A DNA stretch of 64,000 bases, from contig NC_068981.1 in assembly GCF_001194135.2 (NCBI RefSeq), positions 86,191,049-86,255,048 of the forward strand. Reading direction: 5' to 3'. Of the stretch, positions 12,023-27,174 are shown one piece after another; within the stretch, counting starts at the first letter, position 1; every line of letters starts with the position of its first letter. Position numbers and translations under genes: made by a program. This DNA comes from Octopus bimaculoides. Lineage: Eukaryota. The notes below the pieces were generated by a model. The model did no database searches. It was not told the origin of the DNA and saw only the letters and a program-made list of their open reading frames with translations.

Positions 12023-15000
12023 TGTATCTACGTATGTATTTATATTTATATGTGTGTATTTGTTTCCCTTAGTCAATGCCTGACAGCTTGTATTCATTTC
12101 ATTACATCCTCATGACTTAGTAATTCAGCAAGAGAAGCTGATAGAATAAGAATAAGACTTTTTAAAAAAATAAGCACTGTAGGCAAATTGTTTGACTAAA
12201 AAGTTCAAGGCTGCATTCCAATGATCAAAACAAGTAAAAGAAAAGATTTGTTCGCTCATGTGCAATTGTGATGCAATGCATGTGTAGCTAAATATCTTTT
12301 ATGTTTGATCTTGATGACACCACCAAGATTATATCTAAGCAGTATAATTGTATAAATGTTAACTTATACTTTTGTGTGAAAAAGTGAGTGGAAGGAGTGG
12401 GGGAGAGATAGACAGGCAGACAAACAGAGACCTTAATAGAGAGGTGCATATGTGTTAGTATTCACAAGAGTGTGTTTATTAGGGTGTATACTTTGTATAG
12501 GTATTATGACAGGATAGGAATTGACAGAATATGTCAATATATTTAAGATCAAAGGAGTATGAAACAAATTGTCTAAGGTATTCATTCATCAGGTTTGATC
12601 CTGTATCTGCTTATGAGAACTTCCTTTTCAGAGTGCAGGCTTGGGCAAGATAGGGTTTTTTTTTAAGAATAACTGTTACCCATATAGCAAGTCTCTCCTC
12701 TCTGTGCTATCGATTTTCACTAAGTGAAAGTAAGAACCAATACAGTTTGGTACCATTGCTATTAAAAACTTATAAAGTAAAGGGACAGAACAAATACCAC
12801 ATGGCATTTTGTCCAGTCCTTTAGCAATTCCACCATCCTTCTAACCTGGAGTGATATTTTATTTCAATAACCTCGAAAGAATGAAAGACAGAATTAACTT
12901 TAGTGGGATTTGAACTCATGACATAAACAGCTGGATCTAATACTGCAAGGTATCTTGTCCAATGCTTTAATAATTTTGTCAACCCACCACTAAAACAAAT
13001 TGTAAATCTTCGAGTGTTACGTTTTAGTCTATACTCAATGTACATTCAGCGTGTTATTATTTAATTGTGAGTTATTTTATATATTTCTCACGGTATTACT
13101 TTTTAGATGAAAGTAAACATACCTTTACTATTGACACAATTTACACAGTACACTCAGTTTGCACTCAAGTGTAGTTTATTAAGTTACTTTCTTAGTCATA
13201 TGGGCTTAATGTTCTCAGTCTTAAGATGTACGGAACATGAAATCAGTTCATTTTCATCCACTCTGTCTTCAGGTAATTTCAAATTCCTTTTACAAAATTA
13301 TGTTTCTTATTTTGAAATCTTGCTTAATAACAGTAAATGCTTATCTTTTTTTTCTTCATTTTTACTTCATTTGAAAAAACATAGACTTTATTGTATAATG
13401 TCTCTCAGAAATTTCCACTTCATATCTCATTAATTCAGTTTTTATTATTTCTCTTTTAGATTTAATTGTTCATTTGTGGAATATAAAGAATCTTTCAAAT
13501 GTTAATTTTTTTTAAACATACATTTTTTGTTGAATGTATGTTAGTAGTTTATAAGCATCAGTTAGCATCAATCTAGAATTACTTGTGACTTAATTGTTCT
13601 TTTTAAGGACATTAGTATTCTAGAAACTCTATGTATACTATATACAGAAGATACTATAAAAACTTCTATAGATTTATAATATATTAATTATATTTGTGTT
13701 ACACTTACTTCACAGCTCAGAATCTTGTACACGCTCTATGCTATATAATAATAATTGGAAACAGCAATATCACTGCATGAAATATTTGTCCAGGTAGTTA
13801 AATAAACATTCTCTATATCAAAATTCTTCCCAAAATGTTAAATAACATTCTCACAATTTGTTTTCATATTAATAGACCAAAACAATAGACAACATCCTCC
13901 ATTGTAGAGATGAATTCTAGATGATTACAGTTCTGGGGAAAAGGATCAGACAGTGTAGCTAGCACAATTTGGGTAAGAGAGGTGAGCAGCAGATGATATA
14001 AGTTTGCAAGACAACTGCACAAAGAAATATCAGAAGGGCAGGGTGTACTACTATGTATCGTAGAGAACCATAAAGATGATAGATATTCACTACACCTCAG
14101 TGGTTATAAAATGTCAGATAAAGAAATCTTGCCTAACAGCTGGATAGTTTATCTTCATTTTGATTTATCATTTGCATATAGTAGATGTTTACTCTTACTT
14201 GAGTAAAATATATTTTGGTCTCATGCATGTTGTCACTTTATTAAGAATACAGACTACAGTATTGCATGTCTCTGATATGGAACTCAAATATTTCTCATGC
14301 AATCGTTGCTGTGTGATTGATGTGTGATTGACATCGGATGTTACTGGAAATAGGCTTAGAAAGTTTTTTAAAACTACGTACAATATTTTTATAGTTTTCT
14401 ATTTACATGATTCAGTGCTTCCTTGTTATTGTTAAAACATTAATACAAAACAGCTGTTGTTACTTTTGATATTTGAACAGGAGAAACATATTTTAACTAT
14501 GTAAAAGATTTGATAGATTTAGTTCTAGCAAAATTTAAAACACAAACATATAAGGAAGCCTCTGTGTAATTGGTAAACCTACTAGAAAAATGTAGCCCAA
14601 ATGTCATAAGGAAAGATATATTGGACAAGGTAGTCTTAGATGTTAAAAATATTAGGATTGTCACAGATTGAGTGCTTTTGATCACAAATTTACTCGTTCA
14701 TGATTGATCCAAGGCTAAACAGCAGCAACAAAAATGTTAGGCCAGGCTGGATGGAAGAATACGTTAATGTGGAAGCTTTAGTAATACAGAACCTGGAAAA
14801 TGGATGCTACATCAATACTATACCAATAAATCATTTTCCTATGTAATTGTCTATTTATGTTACCAACGGGAAACTATGTATCATTAATAATCAAGAGAGT
14901 CTGCATAATATATTTATTTGTGTATAATATACACTTCTTTTTCTGGATTTTTAAACCTAAAAATTATAGTTGTACATTATACATGAAAACCAAATGAAAT

Positions 15001-16315
15001 TCATTTTTCCAGGTGTAGATGCATAGCTATAATTTTGTGGTATAGGTTACATCTATTACCCAAGGTAACTGATGTGTAATGAAGAGTTTAAGTCACTCTA
15101 ACAATATTACATTTTCTATGACAATGATAGCTCATTAACTGTTCATCATGTTTCAGAACTCAAAAGAACATATCACTCACGGTTTTATACTATTTTATGA
15201 ACCAGTTCATGAGTAAAATATAAAACCAAAACAGAAATAGCACAGTGATGAAATGTATTTAGCTTCTGTTTATTTTTATGCATTTCAGTCTATGTTTGTA
15301 TAGGGCTACAAGAACATTAGCCTTTCAATTTTAATTTGCTTTTGTAAACAACTATAATAGGTAATAATGCAAAAGTGTTCCAGACATGACCATACAGTCA
15401 ATATGTCTTTTGATGTACATGCAGGCATGGCTGTGTAGTAAGAAGTTTGCTTCTCAACTACATGGTTTTGAGTTCAGTCTCAATGCGTGGCACCTTGGGC
15501 CAGTGTCTTCTGCTATAGCTCCAGGGTGATCAAAACCTCGTTAGTGGATTTGGTAGGCAGAAACTGAAAGAAACTAATCATGTGTGAGTGTGTGTGTGTG
15601 TGTGTAGTTAGGATAATCAAGTCAAACCAAATATTGATATTTTGAAATCATTTAATATGTAGGTTTCAGGTTTGCATAATATATAAGAAATGCATCCATT
15701 ATGTAAACCTTCCTCAGTTAAAGTATTTCAAAAATGTACTCTAACAATATATTCAAAAATGTACTCATTTCAAAAATGTACTCTAACAATATATATGTAC
15801 ATACATACATATGTATGTATGTATATACAGCACAAGTAAATGTTCACTTTTTTTATTTAATTTATAAAATAAAATTACCAAATCATATGTCTTATGTTCA
15901 AAATATAAAATTCAAAAGTTCATTTTGTTAAAAATGTATAATAGAAATTTTAAGAGGTTTTAAAAAAAGTACTCACTTAAACATCTGTTCACTTACAACA
16001 ACTCATAGTAAAACTGAATATATACAATGTCATTTATTGAAAATAAATGACATTGTACATGTGTTGACTTTATACAACAGGGCACTTGCAGGGTTAACAT
16101 CTATAAGATTTTTTACAAATATTAAACAAAAGTATGATTATTTATAAGGTTTTCAAAAGAGAAATCTATGAATGGAGATATATGTTTGTCCTGTGACAAG
16201 AATTAAGCAAGATCAAAGCAGCCAAATATGTATTAAAAAATGTCATGACATCTGACACAATCTGCAAGAATTAAGGCTTTGAAATCTGAACAAAAATCTT
16301 AATTTTGAACAAAAA

Positions 16316-16477
16316 GTGCAGGAGTGGCTGTGTGGTAAGTAGCTTGCTTACCAACCTCATAGTTCTGGGTTCAGTCCCACTGTGTGGCACCTTGGGCAAG
16401 TGTCTTCGACTATAGCCTCAGGTCGACCAAAGCCTTGTGAGTGGATTTGGTAGATGGAAACTGAAAGAAGCCTGTCG

Positions 16478-16510
<33 letters not shown>

Positions 16511-16843
16511 ATNNNNNNNNNNNNNNNNNNNNNNNNNNNNNNNNNNNNNNNNNNNNNNNNNNNNNNNNNNNNNNNNNNNNNNNNNATATATAAGCATAAC
16601 TTCTTTATTTGTATACGTGTGTGTGTGTGTGTGTGTTTGTGTTTGTCCCCCCAACATTGCTTGACAGCCGATGCTGGTGTGTTTATGTCCCCGTAACTTA
16701 GCGGTTTGGCAAAAGAGACCAATAGAATAAGTACTAGGCTTACAAAGAATAAGTCCCAGAGTCGATTTCCTCAACTAAAGGCGATGCTCCAGCATGGCTG
16801 CAGTCAAATGACTGAAACAAGTAAAAGAGTAAAGAGCAAAGAG
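16316..16843 (+). mobile_element. SINE family A, full length
   Basis: Near-identical to 693-1110; gap lies in the internal (TA)n. Confidence 0.85.
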
Positions 16844-17249
16844 TAATAAAAAAAAAGTTAGAAGGTTGTGCATGATCCACTTATTTTGAAGCATTTACTT
16901 CTTCATTTTAATAATTCAGGAAAGATAAGGTGCTTGTTTAAATTTCCCTAGTTCCTTACAGGTTTCACTTTTAATTACATTATTTCCTCAAAGATTACCT
17001 GAAAGAAAAGTCAGTGTACATTATACACAAAGTATATTTTTACTGCAGTTCATTGTCTATAAATAGTGATATGCATTAGGTATAAATACATATTATATGT
17101 GAATACATGGTGGAAAATGGTCTATGGGGTGGATGTCCGTTGTGTTAGGGTGTATATGTTTGTGAGTGCATTTGTGTATGTTCTGGTCAAATTCTTTGCC
17201 AGATTCTCAGGTACTGATGGTGGGAGAGCCGAAGCTGGGGTACTGGTGA

Positions 17250-17620
17250 TTATAGTCATGATGGGGAACACAGGTATGATAGGATGTACTTCCTTTCATG
17301 TGGGAAAGGATTAAAAATTTTGCTTCTGCTGTTCAAGTAGAGACCTGGGAGCTGAGAGCTCTTTAATATTGCACTTTTCTCAGCCAGGCATAATATGCAG
17401 TTCCTGCTGTTATTGAAGTATGCATTACATTTCGCTAGAATCCTCCACTTTATGCTGTACTCAGTGGCATTTTCTTTCTACAACCATATATGTTTGACTA
17501 GGGTTGTGGCATTATATCTCTCCAGGATGTTAAAGGAAGAATTGTGGTTGTTATAGTGAGTTCTGAAGGGGCCTTCACCACCTCCAATATAAGCCACCAC
17601 GTATATTGTACCCCTATACC
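17250..17620 (-). mobile_element. Penelope-like element, GIY-YIG endonuclease remnant
   Basis: YIGGGEGPFRTHYNNHNSSF...LVKHIWL*KENATEYSIKWRILAKCNAYFNNSRNCILCLAEKSAIL...LNSRSKIF: PLE endonuclease with C-x2-C motif and one in-frame stop. Confidence 0.8.
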
Positions 17621-18538
17621 ACTGCATGCATACATAAATACCCCAAGAATTTAACCAAAACATAAAATAAAGAAAATATACTAATCAACAAAGCTCCCTG
17701 CAAATGCTATACATATAGTACCACTACACACATGGTGGTGGTGGTGGTGGCGGCTGTGGCGGTGGTAGTGGTGGTGGTGGTGGTGGTGGTGGTGGTGGTG
17801 GGGGCGGGGGGCAACAGTGATGATGATGGATGGACAGGCTGCTTACCTATTGACTGAAGAACTCCTACCTAATATCCTATCACTTATGATAGTAGAGAGG
17901 TCAACAAGCCAACAGATCACAGGTTCATATTGCAGCCAGTGATCAGGCACAATATCCATGACCAAGACATTTAACATGAGGCTGTTAAGTCAGTGGACTT
18001 AACTATAGGCAGCTAATGAATCAACAGACATTTATCACATGTACTCTTTATTCATCACAATCAGTCACTATGACATTACTATCATTGTCTAATTATCATT
18101 AATTACCATCACAATTAATACAATCAACAACACCATCATCTCCATGTCGTAGTTGATAGATTTATCTTTGAGAAATATTTTAGATATTAAAATATCAAAT
18201 ATCTCTTATTTAATGTTCCACTATTTGAAAATTATTTTCTGTTTGCTAATAGAATTTTATTTCACACTATCATAACTGAGTTAACAGATTTTCCTATTGA
18301 ATAACTATAATTTTTTTCTTTATTCACTTTTAGATAACAAAAGTGAAAAAAAGAAAGAAACATTTGAAATATTAATGAACTATAACATTCAGATTTTGAT
18401 AATTCAGAGTATAACAATGTACGAAAGGAAAAGTGTATAAGTCATCAGTTTTTTCATTAAATATTAATAGTAGCTTTGATATGAAAGATAATGAAGGTTG
18501 TTTTGTTTTTTGTTTGTTTTATTTGTTGGTTTTGTTTG

Positions 18539-18539
<1 letters not shown>

Positions 18540-18572
<33 letters not shown>

Positions 18573-18840
18573 GTTTAACGTCCGCTTTCCATCCTAGCAT
18601 GGGTTGGACGATTTGACTGAGTATTGGTGAACTGGATGGTTGCACCAGGCTCCAATCTGATCTGGAGGAGTTTCTACAGCTGCATGCCCTTCCTAATGCC
18701 AACCACTCCGAGAGTGTAGTGGGTGCTTTTACATGATACTGGCACAAGGGCCAGTCGTGCGGTTCTGGCAACAGCCATGCTCAAAATGGCATTTTTTACA
18801 TGCCACCTGCACAGGAGCTAGTCCAGCAGCACTGGCAAAA
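18540..18840 (-). mobile_element. SINE family B
   Basis: (cat)n tail; abuts the truncated mariner 3' end. Confidence 0.8.
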
Positions 18841-19911
18841 CTCCATACATAGCATTTGAAAGCGATCAAAAGAGGTGGAAATCCATTGGTGCCAAATCAG
18901 GAGAGTACGGTGTGTGTGGCAGCACTCCCCAGCCATGCGTTTGAATGGCTTCCTTGGTCATATTGGTGAAATGAGGGTGGGCGTTGTCGTGCAGCAGAAG
19001 AACTCCATGCTGGCTATTAGGTCTTTTCTCTTGAATAGCCGTGTTGAGTCATTCCATCTGTTGAACATAGAGTTCCGCATTGACTGTTTGGTTCCGTTCA
19101 AGCAATTCGTAATGGATAATCCCTTCCCAGTCCCACCATATGCACAACATCATTTTACACAGATGAAGATCTTGTTTTACGTGCGGTGTTGCTTGCTTAC
19201 TGGGGCTAAGCTATTCCTTATGCTGCTTCATATTGATGTACAGGCACCATTTTTCGTCGCCAGTAATGATTCGGTAAAGAAATTGTTGCTTGTGTCCATG
19301 AGTTGAGTGGTGATGAGCAAGCAAACCAGTGGAGACTTTGGCGCGTTTATTTTTGTTGTTGTCACTTAAAGCATGCACAGCCCATGCTCCATACTTCTGC
19401 ACCGTTCTCATCGAGTGAAGATGCTTCTCTATAGCAGTGTGGCAGCATTCCATTTTCTCTGCCAGTTCCCTTGTTATTTGACGAGAATTTTCGTGCAAAA
19501 GTTGGTTTAATCGCTCTTCATCGAACTCAACTGGACGGCCAGAATAAGGTGCGTCTTTGAGGTCAAAATTTCCATTTTTGAACTTGGCATACCAATCACA
19601 AGCAGTTCTTTCAGCTATGGCACCCTCTCCATAAACAGCACAAATGTCACAAGCAGCTTTTGTGGCCATAGAACCTAGATTAAAAGCAAAAAGAAAGAGG
19701 TGTCGAAAATGCTCATTTTTCTTAACTTGACATTCCACTTTAATGATCTGAAAATAAACAAAAATTAACTAAAATTAACTAGAAAAAAAAACAAAATAGA
19801 TTCCAAAATGATTCAAAAATAAAATTTTCGAAAAAAATAGATTCCAAAATTTAAAAACACAATAAATTCCAAAATTTAAAAAAAAACGGCGGGAACTTAG
19901 TTGCCAACCCA
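18841..19911 (-). mobile_element. mariner (DD34D) transposon, 3'-truncated, probably mellifera-like
   Basis: ORF 19738-19211 with HTH and TGDEKW; after a stop HDNAHPH...YSPDLAPMD (34-residue spacing); 5' TIR tgggttggcaactaagttc. Confidence 0.9.
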
Positions 19912-22197
19912 GTAGATGAAACTTCACCATTTGTGTTGAAGATCTTTCTCCCTGATGTCAAGTGGTTCCTGCTTCATCCAACTAATTTAGTCATGTAAAT
20001 ACCTCTTGTATTGGTTGCATATATGCCTGCAATACAACCTTTAAATTATTGAATAGTCTCAGTTAACACTTTCCTATATTATTACTCAATATAAATAAGG
20101 ATTTAACAAGTTTATTCAAATCATTGTTCTTGTACTACCATGATCAGGCTATCTGTTTCTCCTCTTTAATCTTTTGACTTTTAGATAGCCCCACTGTTAT
20201 TCTCTCTCTAAATCTCCAGTTTGTCAGGTAAAACTGTACATGTCACACATTTTCTTTTCATTGAGTCAACCTCTCCCTTTTCTTTTATTTGTAATCCTTT
20301 TTCTGTTTCAACATATTTTATATCAGTTGCACATATAAAGTTCTCTTCCCTTTTCTAGCATATTTTATTAAATTTATAAGTGGACAGTGCTGTATGAAGT
20401 AGCTTTCTGTATCCCACCTCTTTCAGCATAAGCAGTATATCAACACTGCAACATGGATACACCTCAATATGCATTACTTAACAGATTTCAGTTCATTTTT
20501 GACCCACTAAAAAAAAACAGCTCAAAGACACTCATGTTGCCTTCATGTTACTCTATCAGCATCTAAACTGGACAGAAGAACAATAAAAAAAACAATGAGC
20601 CAGATAAGGATAAATCAAAATAACACTGGTTAAACATTTATGATAACAAAGCCTTTTTTTCTGTTTCATTTACACTGCTTTGTCTATTGTTGAAATTTAT
20701 TTATTAATATTCTTTTGCTTTCAATCTTTGTATTCTTTTAATCTATCTTCTAGGTAATTTCTCATAAGCCTTGTTTTTTATACTCTTTTCAGAAATTGAG
20801 AAAGGTGACTCTGATCCTTTTTTTTTTAAGCTCTTTTATTTGTCCTTCAGTTAACTTTTCCACCTTAGCTCTATTACTTATGCTTTTACTTCCTTAAATT
20901 CAACACCAAACATATCTGTGACAAGTGCAGATCCATTGTTTAACAGAGCTTTGGTATTGGTAATGTTTACTTGTCTTTTTCAGGATGTCATTAAATTTTC
21001 TTACTTCCAAGGATTGTCTGCATTTTCTCTTCTTCTTAATGATGGTAATTTTGGTTGGTAATTCTTTCTTATTCCTTTAAGTTTCCTAATCCCTTTATAT
21101 TCTTCTTTTGATATCATTAAGCCTTCTAAAATTTCTAATCTTTTTCAATAGTTGTGTTCTCTTCTTCCACATTATCCTTTATCACTCTTGCCTTGGTATT
21201 GTAGTATTTCTTTCTTACATAATGTATATTTTCCCATTATTATTATTATTGTTGTTGTTGTTGGCATTGTGACTTTCATGTTGTTATAGCACTGCATGTT
21301 TTTACATTCTTGTGTCAAGTGTCTCAGCCCAATGATCTTAAGGCTAAAACTATTCAACATGGTTAGAAGTGGTTCAGTGCAGGGGTTAGGTTATTCCATT
21401 GAATAAAGTGGTAAAAAATCTCACATGCCTACAACTTGACTTGAGTCCAGATCATTACTTTTTACATTTAATTAAATATATTTGATCCACTAATTATTGT
21501 TCTTAGATTGAGAACTTGTCTGTTATTTTCCACATAGCAAGCATCCTTTTCTTATAAACTTCTGATGGTTCACTGCTATAGAAACACTCATTTTTCTGAT
21601 GTCATTCTGAATCAATTTCCTTTTGGACCCCAATTGCAATATGCTTGTTATTGCTTAGACTGAAGTCAGCCTTTATTTAGTAGACATATGATTATATGAT
21701 AGGCTGATCATGGCATACCAGTGATGACCAACCTTTCTTTTCTAGGAGTAATGTACCCTGATCTCCACTATCCAATATGTTCTCATTTTTTTAAGATGGT
21801 AAAGTGTGGTTTGTGAAAATGTTGACTTCTGTTTCTAGAAGGGCAAACGTGCAACCAGTATTGAGTGTACACTCCTAGATTTTTATTGGCTGCAGTGGTT
21901 TTACACTCTGTGCTATTATTTATCAGCATGTCATTTTTCCTTCATCCTAAAATTAAAATATCTGATTAAAAAAAAAAATCATTCAAAAAAAAATTTTTTT
22001 GACATGGCCTACCCATCAAAAATTTTTCACAAAGGCACAGGAAGGATTGCATCACTTCCCACCCAAAGGATTTTGCCCACGTGGCATTAGATTTGACAGG
22101 GAAAAATATGTTGGTTACTTTTTAAACACACCTCATATGCATGTATATATATGTAGATGGATTTATATATATATGTTTGTATGTGTTTATGTATGTG

Positions 22198-22237
<40 letters not shown>

Positions 22238-22240
<3 letters not shown>

Positions 22241-24262
22241 TGGAGAAGAAGGGTCTTGAAGCTTAAAGATCCTGTGAATGGACAGAGATTTAGAGACATA
22301 TTACTCAAAGCTTTTCACAAAATAGAGGTGGATATAGCATCACATGATGTGGAAGACAACTGGAGGTTTCTATGAGACAACCTGTTGAAGACTACTGACC
22401 AGATCTGTGGATGGTGCAAAGTCCCCTCTCGACCCAAGGTAATGTGGTGGTGGAACAATACAGTTGACCGAGCCATTAGGGAAAAGAAACAGGCATGGAA
22501 GGACTGGAATAACCGTGGTAGCAGGAAATTGTATCAGATTGCCAGAAGGGAAGCTAGGAGACAGGTTTACTTAGCCAGAGGGGAAGCAGATAAGAAAAAA
22601 TTTGCCAATGTTCTGCGTCGTAAGGACCAAAGAAGTGCTTTGTGCTGCAAGACAGCATGTGAAACAGAATTGTGATGTCATAGGAGAGAAATGTGTCCGC
22701 ATGGATGATGGCTCACTTACATTTAATGAGGCTGCAAAGAGAGAGACTTGGAGACGCCACTATGAAAAGTTGCTAAATGAAGAGAATGAATGGGAGAAAG
22801 AGAGTCTGATGAATGTTGACCCAACAGTGGGATCAGCTATCCAAATTGACAGTACCTTGGTAGATAAAGCAATTAAGGGTATGAAGACAGGTAAAGCCCC
22901 TGGCCCATCAGGAATCACTGCAAAGATGCTTAAAATATCTGTCGGTGTTGGCTATAGTCTAGTCACCCATATAGTTAACCAGGTGATACATGTAGGAGTC
23001 ATACCCAATGACTGGTGTAGCAGCACCATAGTCAACTGCTACAAAGGTAAGGAGATGCATTAGATATGAATAATTACAGAGATATCCAATTGGATCAGGT
23101 AATGAAAGTCACAGAGGGGGGTCATAGCCCAACTAAGTAGGAAGAGAGTGAGCTTAGGTGAGATACAGTTTGGGTTTGTGCCAGGGAAAAGCACCACTAA
23201 TGCTATATTTCTGGTAAGACAGCTGTAGGAGAAATACCTAGCCAAAGAAAAACCTCTGTACCTGACTTTCGTTGACATGGAGAAAGCCTTTTGACAGGGT
23301 CCCCTGATCCCATATCTGGTGATCAATACAGAAACTAGGGATAGCTGAGTGGTTAGTGAGAGCTATACAAGCCATGTACAGGGATGCTGTCAGTAAGGTG
23401 AGGGTTGGCAACGAGTACAGTGAAGAATTTGGGGTAGGGGTAGGGGTCCACCAAGGATCAGTTCTCAGCCCCCTCTTATTCATCATAGTCCTCCAGGCAA
23501 TAACAGAGGAAGTCAAGATAGGATGCCCCTGGGAGCTTCTCTATGCTGATGACTTTGCTCTAATAGCTGAGTTACTAACAGAACTAGAGAAGTTTCAGGT
23601 GTGGAAGCAAGGTCTAGAATCGAAGGACCTTAGAGTCAATCTAGTAAAAACCAAAGTCCTAATAAGTAGGAAGGCAGACAAACCACAAATCCCTTCAGGT
23701 AGACAGCCCTGCTCGATCTGTAGAAAAGGCGTAGGTAGAAACTCCATAAGATGTACCTGATGTAAGCTATGGACACATAAGAAGTGCAGCAATATCAAAG
23801 AAAGTCTAACTGGGAAGATAGATTTTGTGTGTAGCAAATGCTCAGGGGTAATAAACACTGAAAATGTGCAGAGAACAGCTTCCATCACATTCCAGGGGTA
23901 AAAACTAGAAGTAATTGATAGCTTCTATTACCTTGGTGACCAAGTCAGAAGGGGAGGTAGATGCTCCGAGAGTGTAGCTGCTAGAATAAAAATAGCCTGG
24001 GCAAAGTTCAGAGAGCTCCTACCACTGCTGGTGACAAAGGGCTTCTCGCTCAGAGTAAAAGGTAGACTATATGACGCATGTGTGCGAACAGCCATGCTAC
24101 ATGGCAGTGAAACATGGGCTGTAACTGCTGAGGACGTGCGTAAGCTTGCAAGGAATGAAGCTAGTATGACCCGCTGGATGTGCAATGTCAGTGTGCATAC
24201 ACGACAGAGTGTAAACACCCTGAGCAAATAGTTGGACATAAGAAGCATCAGTTGTGGTGTGC
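22238..24262 (+). mobile_element. RTE-clade LINE ORF2 fragment (reverse transcriptase), pseudogenised
   Basis: GKAPGPSGI, QFGFVPGKSTTNAIF, HQGSVLSPLLF, YADD at 23542-23553, MLHGSETW; many stops and frameshifts. Confidence 0.93.
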
Positions 24263-24584
24263 ATGTAGTCTTGTTTTTATTGCATGCTTGCATTGCACTA
24301 CCAAGCACAGCCCTATGTGCTTTAGGTAAGTGCAGTGTTTTGCATTGGTTTTGATCCATCTTTCATATTGAAAGTGCTCTACATAATCATGCATAGTGCT
24401 TAGTAGTATTATTTTTCTACATGTTGTGCATATTTGTAAGTTCTGGGGTTTTGGTTATGTATTTGTTTGCATGTTTCTTTTATTATTACCAAAACATCAA
24501 TTATTGTTCTGTTTTCAGCTTTCATATTTAAGTTACTTTTATTTCCAGGTCTTTATATTTGAATTATTTCCCCATTTCTTGTAA

Positions 24585-24790
24585 GACATATTATCTGTTG
24601 AGATTAGGAGGCATTTCTATTTGTGGTTATCTTTGACAACAATATCTGTTTCATTAGCCTTGGTCTTCCTATCTGAATGTATTGGTACATCCCAGAGTAT
24701 GTTTGCTTTCTCATACTTCTCTGATGTATACCTATACCACCTCTTATCTTCTGGTGTTTCATAATGCTGATATAACTTCCAGTGTATATA
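24585..24790 (-). mobile_element. R4/Dong-like RLE fragment
   Basis: KRWYRYT...ILWDVPIHSDRKTKANETDIVVKD on the minus strand. Confidence 0.6.
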
Positions 24791-25299
24791 AGTTTTAACT
24801 CTTCACATCTATGAATGTATTCTTTCTTAACTTTGACTGGATGGCCAGAAACAATGCGGTTAATAGTCTCTTTCTTGTCTCCATATATTCTGCAGCTACT
24901 TAATATTCTGCTTCATTATATGCATTTGATGGGTTTATTGGTAGGGTGCTTCGATTGTGTGCTGCAATTAAGAATCTTCAGAGCTCAGACTTGTGTTTCT
25001 CAACCAGATTGTTGTTATTCTTGTTGTTGTTGTTATAATCATTATTGTTATCATCATCATCATCAACATTGCTGGTAAAATCATTACTGTGTCAGACAAT
25101 ACGCTTAGCAGCATTTCTTCTGATTTAACATTTTGAGTTCAAATTCTGCTGAGGTCAATTTTGCCTTTCATCCTTTTGAGATCGATATAATTGACTTCCC
25201 CAGCCCCCAAATTTGCTGGCTTTAAACCAAAAATAAGAAAGGATTGTCACTGTTGTCATTATTGTTGTTGTTGTCTTTGTCATCATTATTGTTATCATT

Positions 25300-25640
25300 A
25301 TCATTGTTCTCGAACACATAGATCTTTTATGGTCAGGTTGTGTATAATTATGCCTCAGCTCTTGCCCACAGCTCAGAGACACAACACCTTCCTCAGAACA
25401 TTAGCTATTTCAAGCACCACAGCCATCTGTGTGCTCCCTAATATATCTGGTATGCCCAAAATCTCAGGTATTGCATCCAGATTCTTTGAGACTATTCTGA
25501 GTGCACCGACAACAAAAGGGATGATTTTGACAGTTGCTTGATGGTATTTTCTGTACTTGGCTTGCCAAATCCTGTTATTTGTCTACCTTTACTTTCTCAG
25601 TGATTTCAACTTTCTGGTCAGTAAGAACAGCAATGTCTAT
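25300..25640 (-). mobile_element. R4/Dong-like LINE 3' end
   Basis: KIIPFVVGALRIVSKNL...LGSTQMAVLEIANVLRKVL*, then a trinucleotide tail. Confidence 0.65.
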
Positions 25641-26329
25641 TATGACCTATTCATTATTATTATTATCATTATTATTATTATATTGTGAGTTTTTCTTCTT
25701 CTTTCATATTTGTTTCCATTTCTTGTTGAATGTCTTCCATTTCTTGCTAGCATCTATGCTAAAGAAACTTATTTACATGGATAGTAATCATTCTCACAGC
25801 AACAATACTCTTCTCAGTACATGTCACTTGCCAGTTAAAACAATCTCTTGCATTGCTTTCAGGGATGGTAAACCAAGGATCATTCTCAAATAATTTCAGT
25901 TCCTTTCTTGACCATTCCTAGTTCTCCTACAATCACTGGTATTGTAAGTGCCTTGAGATGTCACATTTTTTTTATTTCAATGAGCAAATCCTTATATTCT
26001 CTGAGCTTGTCAAATGGAAATAGCACACAGTTTTTAGTTGAGAAGCCATTATATTTTCTGAGCTTGTCAAATGCTGTTCAGTCTGACAAAATTCGTCCAA
26101 CTACATTTTTTCCTTGGAACTGTGATAAACCTAAAATTTCTGTTTGTTCAATTTGTGTTCAGAAAAGGTTCACTTTGATACAAATATCATATGAAAGATT
26201 GTACTGTCTAACTCCTTACAAGAGTCACCACTGTTTTTGTTGTTGCTACTATTAATTGTTCACTAAACTATTCATTACTATCCTCACCTTTGATCATAAA
26301 AGTTAGGTAATGACCAAGAGTGTATGATC

Positions 26330-26755
26330 ACAGATACGAGTGGCTGCAATGAAGTTCCTCTGAAATATCTCTGAAGTAATGTTACTTTACAGGATACATA
26401 GCTTGGAGATCAGAGAAACTCTCTAAATAGAGCCATTACTTCTCTGCATTGAGCAATCACAGCTCTGGTACTATTGACATGTGATTAGAATATCACAGGA
26501 AAGAATTGCATGATGGACTCATCAAGCTGAGCCAACCAACAAGAGACTGAGGAGTAGACCAAAAATGAGATGGCTAGATGATATCCATAGTTTCAGTTGG
26601 TTCACTTGGTAATCCAACCAGAAAGCGTAATGACAGTTGCTTTTGATAGGACCCTATGGAGGAGGTGCATGAGGATTCTACATCCCATGACCCTCGCAGA
26701 AATAGTAAGTAGAAAAATGGATGGATGGATGGATGGATGGATGGATGGATGGATA
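26330..26755 (+). mobile_element. RTE LINE 3' remnant with (ggat)n tail
   Basis: IRVAAMKFL...EPLLLCIEQSQL...RPKMRWLD; same family as 55690-56260. Confidence 0.65.
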
Positions 26756-27059
26756 AGCTGTCTATTTTCTTCCTCCTTTTGTACAGTCAGTTGTACATTT
26801 TGATTTGGTGTTGCTTTTTTTCATTTGCTATTATAGTGTTCACATGTGTGACATATGTGTGTTTACTAGCTTTTTTGGATGTGAAAATGTAATGTGTGTA
26901 AATTAAAAAAAATTTTAGAAAGCAAATTTTCCTTATTATAGTAATTATAGTCCACTTTTGTAAATACTCCTATGAAAATTTCATTTTGCAATGCATGAAT
27001 AAGTTGTATTTCAAAGAGAGAAGGAAACTGCAGAAGTCTCCACTCTACAAAGTCAAAGA

Positions 27060-27104
27060 TGATGACAACAGTGACTACTACTACTACTGCTGCTGCTGCA
27101 ATAA

Positions 27105-27174
<70 letters not shown>

